Shown: one piece after another, positions 1-7,999 of the stretch | Layout of the letters: each line of letters starts with the position of its first letter | Numbering within the stretch: the stretch's first letter is position 1 | IMG/VR virus record: IMGVR_UViG_3300021400_000789 | Strand: one strand, 5' to 3' | DNA length: 27,144 bases | Origin: an uncultured virus (IMG/VR IMGVR_UViG_3300021400_000789) | Lineage: Duplodnaviria; Heunggongvirae; Uroviricota; Caudoviricetes | Made by a program: the position numbers and the translations under genes | The notes under the pieces: generated by a model | What the model was told of the DNA's origin: nothing | Database searches by the model: none | What the model saw: the letters and a program-made list of their open reading frames with translations, nothing else

Positions 1-1
1 C

Positions 2-403
2 CTCACACCAGCCGCAAAGAAGAAACTCATGATCGCGGACAACAAGATCTTCAACCTCGGCGTCGAGAACCTGACCGTCCTGAACGAGTTCATAGAGGAA
101 CTGAGGGACGACCTCGACATACCGGGCTTCGATGAAGACATCCTCCGGGACATGGTGGCGGATGCCGAGGAAGTGACCGAGACGATCGCAAGCTACGGGC
201 TGCTCGATGAAGAGGAAGTGCAGGAAGTAAGGCAGGCAAGTGCCGAACGGGAAGCGAGGCGGGAAGCCTCCCCTGAGCCCACAGAAAGAGCTGTGAGCGC
301 TCAGAACAGCCCAGACGACTTACAGACTGCCGAAGCCGGGGAGAGCGCTGAGAACGGCAGATTCATCACATGCCCCAAGTGCGGTGAGAAGATATGGCTG
401 TAA
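2..403 (+). CDS. ParB-like N-terminal domain protein, 5'-truncated, with C-terminal CPKCG knuckle
   Basis: The frame is open from base 2 (LTPAAKKKLMIADNK..., resembling the end of a phage ParB-like domain), so ATG 29 is probably internal. Acidic linker, then FITCPKCGEKIWL; overlaps the next gene. Confidence 0.7.
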   Translation, partial: LTPAAKKKLMIADNKIFNLGVENLTVLNEFIEELRDDLDIPGFDEDILRDMVADAEEVTETIASYGLLDEEEVQEVRQASAEREARREASPEPTERAVSAQNSPDDLQTAEAGESAENGRFITCPKCGEKIWL

Positions 404-1548
404 AGCGGAAGCAGGGAACGATCAACGTGGTGCAGGCCGCGGAGATGCGTGTACGGAACGTCTTTAGGAACGGCCTCCCTGTGTACATGAGCTTTTCCGG
501 AGGGAAGGACAGCCTGTGCCTCGCGAACGTGACCCTCGAACTGATCCAGAGGGGCGAGATCGACCCGGCACAGCTGACAGTTCAGTTCATCGACGAGGAA
601 GCGATCTTCCCGTGCATCGAGGAGATGACCAAACAGTGGAGAAGGAAGTTCCTCATGGTGGGAGCGAAGTTCGCGTGGTACTGCATGCAGTACAGGCATT
701 TCAACTGCTTCAACGCATTGGAGAACGACGAATCCTTTATATGCTGGGACGCGGAAAAGTCTGACAGGTGGGTAAGACAGCCACCGCCGTTCGCCATAAG
801 GAACGACCCGCAGCTCCGGGAAAGGGTGGACTCCTATCAGCAGTTCCTCGACAAGAAGTGCGCGATGGGGATGACGATGGTCGGCGTACGGACAGCGGAA
901 TCGCTGCAGCGCCTCCAGAACATCGCCAAGGTCCCGCACCAGAGGAAAGGATCACTGGGAAGACGGAAGATCTATCCGATCTACGACTGGAAGGATTCGG
1001 ACGTCTGGCTCTACCTGAAGGAGCACAAGGTCGACATCCCGGACATATACCTCTACATGTGGCAGGCCGGCGCGACCAGGAGACAGATGCGCGTCTCGCA
1101 GTTCTTCTCCGTCGATACCGCAAGGTCGCTCGTCAAGATGAACGAGTATTACCCGCACCTGCTCGACTCCATCATACGCCGTGAGCCGAACGCCTACCTC
1201 GCCGCCCTTTACTGGGACTCGGAAATGTTCGGCAGGAGCACGAGGACGAGGCGCACGCTCGAAAAGGAGACAGAAAAGAAAGACTACCGTGCGGAACTGA
1301 ACCACGTTTTCAGGAACTTCGACACGTATTTCCAGACAAAGCACAAAAGGAAAGTGGCAAGCGCCTACAGGAACTTCTACCTGTCGACCGCCGCGCTCCT
1401 GAACGACCAGCAGGCAAAGAGCCTGTATGAATCACTGATGGCCGGCGACCCGAAGCTGAGGAGCCTGAGGGCGCTGTACCAGAACGTCTACAGCAAATAC
1501 GTGGAAAGCGCGAAGGAAGAATTGAAAGCGAGGCCGAATGATGGATAA
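394..1548 (+). CDS. PAPS-reductase-family PP-loop protein (IbrA-like)
   Basis: PP-loop SFSGGKDS, plus FIDEEAIFP, GVRTAESLQR and YPIYDWKDSDVW motifs; adjacent to a ParB-like gene as in ibrAB. Confidence 0.88.
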   Translation: MAVKRKQGTINVVQAAEMRVRNVFRNGLPVYMSFSGGKDSLCLANVTLELIQRGEIDPAQLTVQFIDEEAIFPCIEEMTKQWRRKFLMVGAKFAWYCMQYRHFNCFNALENDESFICWDAEKSDRWVRQPPPFAIRNDPQLRERVDSYQQFLDKKCAMGMTMVGVRTAESLQRLQNIAKVPHQRKGSLGRRKIYPIYDWKDSDVWLYLKEHKVDIPDIYLYMWQAGATRRQMRVSQFFSVDTARSLVKMNEYYPHLLDSIIRREPNAYLAALYWDSEMFGRSTRTRRTLEKETEKKDYRAELNHVFRNFDTYFQTKHKRKVASAYRNFYLSTAALLNDQQAKSLYESLMAGDPKLRSLRALYQNVYSKYVESAKEELKARPNDG

Positions 1549-2062
1549 GAAACTGTCCGCACCGTTATCCACCCTCCAGTGGGTGGACAGGGATGCATTG
1601 AAACCGAATGATTACAACCCGAACAAAGTATCCGAAGAGAACCTGAAACTGCTGACACAGTCCATCCTCACCAACGGCTGGACGCTCCCGATCGTGTGCA
1701 GGGAAGACCTTACCATCATCGACGGGTTCCACAGATGGACAGTGGCGGGAAGGGAACCGCTTAGGTCCAAGCTCGACAACAAGGTGCCAATCGTCATCGT
1801 CATCCATAAGGAACACGCCGAGGACATTTACGGAACGGTCACGCACAACCGGGCAAGAGGAACGCACCTTCTGGAACCAATGAAGGCGATCGTCAAGGAG
1901 CTGATCGGTGAGGGCAAGTCCGTCGAAGAGATCGGCAGGGAGCTCGGCATGCGTCCGGAAGAAGTGTTCCGGCTGTCGGACTTCAGCCGTGAGGACTTCC
2001 TGAACATGATGGTTGCAGGAAACACGAAGTATTCCCAGGCGGAATACATCACAAGGATATGA
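1538..2062 (+). CDS. ParB/Srx-domain protein (IbrB-like)
   Basis: PNDYNPN, IIDGFHRW and THNRARGTH motifs; C-terminal HTH-like segment (SVEEIGRELGMRPEEVFRL). Confidence 0.88.
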   Translation: MMDKKLSAPLSTLQWVDRDALKPNDYNPNKVSEENLKLLTQSILTNGWTLPIVCREDLTIIDGFHRWTVAGREPLRSKLDNKVPIVIVIHKEHAEDIYGTVTHNRARGTHLLEPMKAIVKELIGEGKSVEEIGRELGMRPEEVFRLSDFSREDFLNMMVAGNTKYSQAEYITRI

Positions 2063-2123
2063 CCAAACACGTACCGCAGCAAGAAGCGGCCGGCGCTCAC
2101 GGAAAGCAAGTGGCGTCAATCAT

Positions 2124-2213
2124 GGGAACATAGCTCAACAACAACGGAAAGAGCGCGGGGCGCGCTTAAACTCAGGAGAATCCGAGGTGAAGGTTCGAAT
2201 CCTTCTGTTCCCG
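2124..2213 (+). ncRNA. tRNA-like element lacking a canonical anticodon loop
   Basis: Acceptor GGGAACA(2124-2130)/TGTTCCC(2206-2212); TA linker; D-stem GCTC/GAGC; T-arm GAAGG-TTCGAAT-CCTTC(2189-2205). The anticodon arm is a 4-bp stem closing a ~21-nt loop. Confidence 0.75.
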
Positions 2214-2304
2214 GTCAGCGACGGCGCGTTCTGTCGTTCTGATATCATATGCTTTTTTCATCCTCTGGCGAGTGAAATACCGGATGGTACGTAGCTCGCT
2301 GTAT

Positions 2305-2378
2305 CGCGGGGTGGAGCAGTACGGCAGCTCGCGAGGTTCATACCCTCGAGGTCGCAGGTTCAAATCCTGCCCCCGCTA
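2305..2378 (+). tRNA. tRNA-Met(CAT), initiator-like
   Basis: Acceptor CGCGGGG/CCCCGCT with C1:U72 mismatch; D-stem GAGC/GCTC; anticodon stem CGAGG/CCTCG with loop TTCATAC (CAT at 2339-2341); T-arm GCAGG-TTCAAAT-CCTGC; discriminator A; CCA not encoded. Confidence 0.93.
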
Positions 2379-2565
2379 CTCAAAACTCGAAACTCATATT
2401 GAGGCTGATACAGATAGGAATATCTGAGCATGGGAACTGCAAACGATGCGCCAACATCGAGCGGTTCCCTTAATTAGCGCATAAGCACGGCAGGGCTCCT
2501 TTTCCCAATCTGAGCATCCTGGTCCGCGCAAAGTTATACCGGATATTTTTATGCGGATTCCGGGT

Positions 2566-2617
2566 GAGGCGCACTGCATGGCGAGTACGGACGCTGTGCG
2601 GTGTGCTTCGAATTTTT
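2566..2617 (+). terminator. Long hairpin followed by a T-run; possible terminator or 3' end of the RNA block
   Basis: Uninterrupted 18-bp stem 2566-2583/2592-2609 with five G-U pairs, 8-nt loop, then GAATTTTT. Confidence 0.5.
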
Positions 2618-2739
2618 AGCATATTTTTGAATTTATTTGTGTTCTATTCGATATGACACAAAATGCGTATAACATTTTCGGCTTGCGCTGAAATAGTCAG
2701 ACAATGCCGAAATAAACAAATAGAGCAAAGGAGGGAGAC

Positions 2740-3735
2740 GTGCCAAGAGCGAGAAACCCTAACAGGGATAAGGCGAAAGAGCTTTATTTGGAATCCAAGG
2801 GGAAACGCCCGCTCGTCGATATCGCGAAAGAATTGGACGTCTCACCCGGCGATATCCGAAAATGGAAGTCCATGGACAAATGGGTCAATGAACTTCCGTC
2901 ACGCTACCGGAAGGAAGATACATCAGCTGAAAAGAACGTTCCCAAAATGGATAAGAGCGTTCCGAAAGCAAAAAATAATAAATCCGCGAAGAAAGAGAAC
3001 GTTCCGAAAGGGAAGGAACCCACGCCGAAGAGGAAGCGCGGAGCGCCTCTCGGGAACAAGAACGCAGTCGGGAAGGGCAGTATAGCCAAGGGCGAGAAGC
3101 GTGCCCTCAAGCACGGCGGGTACTCGAAGATATTCTGGGATTCGCTCGACGATGAGGAGCGTGAATTCCTTTCCCTTATGACGGAAGTCGATGAGGAACA
3201 GATACTGATCGAGGAGATACAGCTGTTCTCCATCCGCGAGCGCAGGATCATGAGGGCTATCAACATGTACAAGACGGACCCGGAATACAAGAAGGGGCTG
3301 TACATCGCTGGTGTTGACAGCAGGAAGACGAAGCGGGTGTTCGAAGGGTCAGCGGAAGAGAAGGAAAAGCAGAAGGCGGTATATGAAGTACTCGAGGAAT
3401 CCGGGCAGGTCGTTCCGGGTGTCGAGGTGCAGACCAATACGAGGACGGAAGCAACGGCCAACCTCATTGCGAGGCTGGAGCGCGAGCTTACTTCCATCCA
3501 GAGCCAGAAGTCCAGAGCGATCGCATCGCTCAACCAGATCAGGAAGAATAAGTTCGAACAGGATGTCCAGATGCAGAAGCTCCCGTTCGAACTCGAACAG
3601 ATGGACGCGAACATCGAGCGCACAGACGCGCTTACGAACAAGCTCCTCGGATCCGACAATGTGCTTGAGGACCTGAGCGAGACCGATAAGATGCTCTACG
3701 GAGAGGACGGTGATGCGGATGCGGACACGGTCTGA
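2740..3735 (+). CDS. terS: Terminase small subunit
   Basis: GTG start after AAAGGAGGG; N-terminal MPRARNPNRDKAKELY...IAKELDVSPGDIRKWKSMDKW HTH and RGAPLGNKNA motif; directly upstream of TerL. Confidence 0.9.
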   Translation: MPRARNPNRDKAKELYLESKGKRPLVDIAKELDVSPGDIRKWKSMDKWVNELPSRYRKEDTSAEKNVPKMDKSVPKAKNNKSAKKENVPKGKEPTPKRKRGAPLGNKNAVGKGSIAKGEKRALKHGGYSKIFWDSLDDEEREFLSLMTEVDEEQILIEEIQLFSIRERRIMRAINMYKTDPEYKKGLYIAGVDSRKTKRVFEGSAEEKEKQKAVYEVLEESGQVVPGVEVQTNTRTEATANLIARLERELTSIQSQKSRAIASLNQIRKNKFEQDVQMQKLPFELEQMDANIERTDALTNKLLGSDNVLEDLSETDKMLYGEDGDADADTV

Positions 3736-5185
3736 ACGCAGGCAGCTGAGGTGCTGGAAGGACAGAAGGGAAACGAGGCGTGAATCACGGCTCCATTTCA
3801 TGTGGAACGAGAAGCACAAGGAATATATCCGGAAGTGCGTCTCGAACACGTACAACATCGCTGAGGGTGCTGTCCGAGCAGGAAAGACCGTCGACAATGT
3901 GTACGCCTTCGCACATGAGCTGAAGACCCACCCGGACAAGATGCACCTGGCCACAGGGAGCACCGGAGCCAATGCTAAGCTGAACATCGGTGACTGTAAC
4001 GGCATGGGGCTTGAATACATCTTTGCCGGCCAGTGCCACTGGGGGAAGTACAAGGGCAACGAGTGCCTGATCATAAATGGTCCGGATACCGGGCACAAGG
4101 AGAAAATCGTCATCTTCGCAGGCGCCGCTCTCGCGTCATCCTACAAGAAGATCCGCGGAAATTCATTCGGAATGTGGATCGCTACCGAGATTAACATACA
4201 TCACGACAACTCCATCAAGGAAGCGTTCAACCGTACTGTCGCATCGCATCGAAGGAAGTTCTTCTGGGACCTGAACCCGGACCATCCGAACGCCCCGATC
4301 TACACGGAGTACATCGACAAGTATGTGGAGATGGACAAGACGGGCGATCTCCTTGGCGGCGTGAACTATATGCAGTTCACGATCTTCGACAACATCAGCA
4401 TCGAGGAAGATGCGAGGAAAGCGTTCATTTCGCAGTACGTCCCCGGGACTATCTGGCACAACAGGGACATCCTCGGACAGCGGAGCATTGCAGAAGGTCT
4501 GATCTATAAGACCCTTGCCGGCGAGATGTCGCTGCCGAAGGGACAGAAGAAACCGCACTCCATCACCATTGCCGAGGCTCGGCAGATGCGGTTCGCCAGG
4601 GTCATCGTAGGCGTTGACTTCGGCGGGAACGGATCGGGACATGCGTTCGTTGCCGTGGGGCTCCCGGTCGGGTTCAACCAGATCGTTGCCATACGGAGCA
4701 GGAGATACGTCGAGGGAAAGATGGACCCGGACACCAACCAGCTCGTGAGGGACATATCATCCCAGGAGCTGTGCAAGCTGTTCCTAGATTTCGTACTTTG
4801 GGTGCGTGGCAACTTCGGCCGCGTCGACAATGTCTATGTGGATTCGGCTGAGCAGGTGCTGAAACGCGATTTCTCGAATACGCTCAAGCGGAACAAGCTC
4901 GGCGGCATCCCGGTGTCCGACGCGATGAAGACTTACATCAACGACAGGATATTCTGTCTCGACATCCTGTCCGCGAATGACAGGTTCTTTTATGTCGAGG
5001 AAGAATGCCGGTCCCTTATGGATGCCATAAGCTCGGCCATATGGGACAAGAAGAAGCCAACGAAGAACGAACGTCTTGATGACGGAACATCGGACATTGA
5101 CTCGATGGATGCCTTCGAGTACACGTTCGAGAGGTATATACCGAAGCTGCTCAGAGGCTTCGGATTCAAACCAGGTCAGAATTAA
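3713..5185 (+). CDS. terL: Terminase large subunit (PBSX-like)
   Basis: Walker A EGAVRAGKT, Walker B-like WIATE, coupling motif DLNP, nuclease acidic motifs VGVDFG, YVDSAE and DSMDAFEY. Start uncertain (GTG 3710 or ATG 3713 after GGAGAGG). Confidence 0.93.
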   Translation: MRMRTRSERRQLRCWKDRRETRRESRLHFMWNEKHKEYIRKCVSNTYNIAEGAVRAGKTVDNVYAFAHELKTHPDKMHLATGSTGANAKLNIGDCNGMGLEYIFAGQCHWGKYKGNECLIINGPDTGHKEKIVIFAGAALASSYKKIRGNSFGMWIATEINIHHDNSIKEAFNRTVASHRRKFFWDLNPDHPNAPIYTEYIDKYVEMDKTGDLLGGVNYMQFTIFDNISIEEDARKAFISQYVPGTIWHNRDILGQRSIAEGLIYKTLAGEMSLPKGQKKPHSITIAEARQMRFARVIVGVDFGGNGSGHAFVAVGLPVGFNQIVAIRSRRYVEGKMDPDTNQLVRDISSQELCKLFLDFVLWVRGNFGRVDNVYVDSAEQVLKRDFSNTLKRNKLGGIPVSDAMKTYINDRIFCLDILSANDRFFYVEEECRSLMDAISSAIWDKKKPTKNERLDDGTSDIDSMDAFEYTFERYIPKLLRGFGFKPGQN

Positions 5186-5196
5186 AGGAGGCATTC

Positions 5197-6702
5197 ATGG
5201 GACTGGTAGATGTGATCAAAGGAATAGGAGGGAGGTTGAAAGGCATGTTCCTTGGAAGGACTACGATCGAGAAGAAGATGAAGGTTCAGACGGTCATCTC
5301 CAAGAAGATGGAAGAATCCATCCAGCTCTGGGGTGAGATGTACATGAACCACCCGCCGTGGGAGGGAGAGGTAGAGCACGGCGCGTGCATGAACCTTCCG
5401 TCTGCGGTCTGCTCAGAGTTCGCCAGGCTGATCCTGACGGAATTCGATTTCTCCCTCGACGGGAACGATATGTCGGACTTCATCAAACTGCAGATGAAGT
5501 CGCTGCTCCGTCCGGACAACATAGTGAAATATGTCGAGGCGTATTCCGCATACGGAGGGATCGTATTCAAGCCGTACGTCAAGTCGGTCGACGGGAACGG
5601 GATCCCGAACAGGATCGGTATTGACGTGCTGTACGAGAACGAGTTCTATCCGCTCGCGTTCGATGACGATATGGTCACGTCGGCCATATTCGTCGATTCA
5701 CTGAAGAAACAGAGATACATGTACACCCGGCTCGAGATGCACACATGGACGCCGGAGAAGTACACGGTCGTCAACAAGGCATTCCGTTCCGAGGAGATCT
5801 ATAACTTCACAGATACGGAGACTGCCGGGGACAACGTGCGTGACCGCTTCAGGGAAGAAATCCCGCTGACAGACGTCGAGGAATGGGAAGGCATCCAGCC
5901 CGAGGTCGAGATAGCGAACATCGAGACCCCGCTGTTCGTTTACATTAAGGTGCCCGTGCCGAACACCAGCGACCCGAAGTCACCGCTCGGCGCTTCCGTT
6001 TTCCATCGCGCGGAAATGGACTTCCGGGAGGCAGACAAGAAGTATGGCGGATTCGTCTGGGAGTATGAAGCCAAGAAAGCGAAGATCTTCGCGGACTCCA
6101 CCATGTTCGACGAGGAGCGTGACGAGGAAGGCAACCTTCAACTGAGCGGAATAGACCAGAAGCTGTTCCGCCTGCTCCATTCGGATACGAGCCTTAATGA
6201 AGGAACTAAGAACCTTATCGAGCCGTACGGTCCGGATATCCGGGACACGGCATGGATCAACGGACTGAACGAAGACCTGCGGCAGATAGAATTCAAGTGC
6301 GGTCTTGCATACGGAACGCTGAGCCATACGACGGAAGTCGAGAAGACGGCGGAAGAGATCAGGATGTCCAAGCAGAGGAGCTACCATTCCGTCAACCTTA
6401 TGCAGCAGGCATGGGACGACGGTCTGAAGGAGCTCTGCCAGGTACTCAAGACATACTGCCGGCTGTACGGCATCGTGGCGGACGCGGATGTCGAACCCGT
6501 CATCACATGGGGAGACGGCGTCCTGCAGGATACGGACAAGGAGCTGCAGATACGGATGCAGCTGGCGAACAGCGGATACCTCCGGAAGGAATACGTCACG
6601 TCGTACTGGTTCGGATGCTCTCCGGAGCAGGCGCTTGAGGAATACATGCCCGCGGACGTCCCTGATGCCGAAGAAAGGTTCCCGTTCACGGGGAATTCAT
6701 GA
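5197..6702 (+). CDS. Portal protein (SPP1 gp6/A118-like)
   Basis: 501 aa directly after TerL; AAAGGAGG RBS; motifs SPLGASVF, KTAEEI and ITWGDGV. Confidence 0.9.
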   Translation: MGLVDVIKGIGGRLKGMFLGRTTIEKKMKVQTVISKKMEESIQLWGEMYMNHPPWEGEVEHGACMNLPSAVCSEFARLILTEFDFSLDGNDMSDFIKLQMKSLLRPDNIVKYVEAYSAYGGIVFKPYVKSVDGNGIPNRIGIDVLYENEFYPLAFDDDMVTSAIFVDSLKKQRYMYTRLEMHTWTPEKYTVVNKAFRSEEIYNFTDTETAGDNVRDRFREEIPLTDVEEWEGIQPEVEIANIETPLFVYIKVPVPNTSDPKSPLGASVFHRAEMDFREADKKYGGFVWEYEAKKAKIFADSTMFDEERDEEGNLQLSGIDQKLFRLLHSDTSLNEGTKNLIEPYGPDIRDTAWINGLNEDLRQIEFKCGLAYGTLSHTTEVEKTAEEIRMSKQRSYHSVNLMQQAWDDGLKELCQVLKTYCRLYGIVADADVEPVITWGDGVLQDTDKELQIRMQLANSGYLRKEYVTSYWFGCSPEQALEEYMPADVPDAEERFPFTGNS

Positions 6703-6716
6703 CGGAGGTGTGAGGT

Positions 6717-7940
6717 ATGCTGACACCGGAATACCTTGCGGGATGCAGTGATTACATCCTCGGGCTGTACGACCAGCTGGAAACGCAGATCATCACCGAC
6801 ATCGCAAGGCGGCTCGTGGAGAACGGATACCCGACGGACACGGCCATATGGCAGTACCAGCAGGTGCAGGAGATCGGGGCGCTGCAGGACGAGGTCAACC
6901 GTCAGATATCGGAGATGACCGGGAAGACAGCGAAGGAGATCGAGAAGCTGTTCAAGGAAGCCGGGGCGATTAACATCCAGACGAACGCTGCGCCTTTAGT
7001 GGCTGAGGGCATCGAGGTGGACAGGAGCATGTCCATCGCCATGCGTCAGGTGCTTGAGGCGGAGATAAGGCGGACACAGGGAGACCTGATGAACCTTACG
7101 AGGACAACGGCGGGTACAGCCGCCTCTCTCTACCAGCAGATGTCCAACCAGGCGTACATGCAGTCCATCTCAGGTGCGTTCTCACCGCAGCAGGCCTTAC
7201 GTGCTGCTATCATCGGCGCGGCGCAGGAAGGAGCTTATGTGCAGTTCGCGAAGAGGAAAGACCACCTTGACGTTGCGATCCGCAGGAACCTGCTGACTTC
7301 CGTCAACCAGACAGCGGCTAAGCTGACCGAGATGCAGGCGGAAGCGATGGACGTGGAGTATTACGAGGTGTCAGCGCATTTCGGGGCGAGACCTTCCCAC
7401 TCCGTATGGCAGGGGAAGATCTACAAGATCGACGGAAGCTCGTTCGAGTACCCGAACTTCGCGGATTCCACGGGGTACGGCACAGCAGGCGGTCTGTGCG
7501 GGGTGAACTGCCGGCACAACTTCTATCCGTTCTGGCCGGGGATATCAAAGCCGAACTGGCCGCAGGAACGTCTGGACGAGTTCGAGAACCACCGGGTGAA
7601 GTACAAGGGAGTCGAGTATTCGGATTACGAGGCATCGCAGGAACAGCGTGCGCAAGAGAGGAACATCCGGGAACTGCGGAGACAGCTCGCATCCCTTGAC
7701 GCAGCCATGCAGGCAGCCACGGACGACGAGATGGAGGAAGAGCTGTCGGAGGATTTCAAGAAGAAAGCAAAGATCCTGAAAGCCAGGGAGAGGGAATTGA
7801 AGAAGTTCTGCAGGGAGACCGGACGGACATACGAGAGCAACCGAGTGCAGGTGGTCGCCTACAAGGACAAGAACGGAAGGGTCGTGCGCTTCGGTCGTTC
7901 TACATCGCAGAAGGCTGTGCACGCCAGCAAGAAGGATTAA
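6717..7940 (+). CDS. Minor capsid / head morphogenesis protein (Phage_min_cap2-like)
   Basis: MLTPEYL start; EVSAHFGARPSH...WQG and GLCGVNCRHNFYPF motifs; follows the portal. Confidence 0.88.
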   Translation: MLTPEYLAGCSDYILGLYDQLETQIITDIARRLVENGYPTDTAIWQYQQVQEIGALQDEVNRQISEMTGKTAKEIEKLFKEAGAINIQTNAAPLVAEGIEVDRSMSIAMRQVLEAEIRRTQGDLMNLTRTTAGTAASLYQQMSNQAYMQSISGAFSPQQALRAAIIGAAQEGAYVQFAKRKDHLDVAIRRNLLTSVNQTAAKLTEMQAEAMDVEYYEVSAHFGARPSHSVWQGKIYKIDGSSFEYPNFADSTGYGTAGGLCGVNCRHNFYPFWPGISKPNWPQERLDEFENHRVKYKGVEYSDYEASQEQRAQERNIRELRRQLASLDAAMQAATDDEMEEELSEDFKKKAKILKARERELKKFCRETGRTYESNRVQVVAYKDKNGRVVRFGRSTSQKAVHASKKD

Positions 7941-7999
7941 GTAACAAAGTGAAACTAAAGTGAACATATTGCCCGCACAGGGCAGGATAAGGAGGTAAC

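Noticed and set aside
2160..2180. Reading the tRNA-like element as tRNA-Leu(TAA) or an ochre suppressor from CTTAAA
   Set aside because: No flanking 5-bp stem closes a 7-nt loop around these bases.
2645..2673. Possible sigma-A promoter for terS (TATAAC at 2668-2673)
   Set aside because: No acceptable -35 at 16-18 bp and the TG is misplaced for an extended -10; too weak to call.
4171..4200. Non-canonical Walker B in TerL (WIATE) as a sign of inactivation
   Set aside because: The catalytic Glu and all other ATPase and nuclease motifs are intact; read as a subfamily variant.
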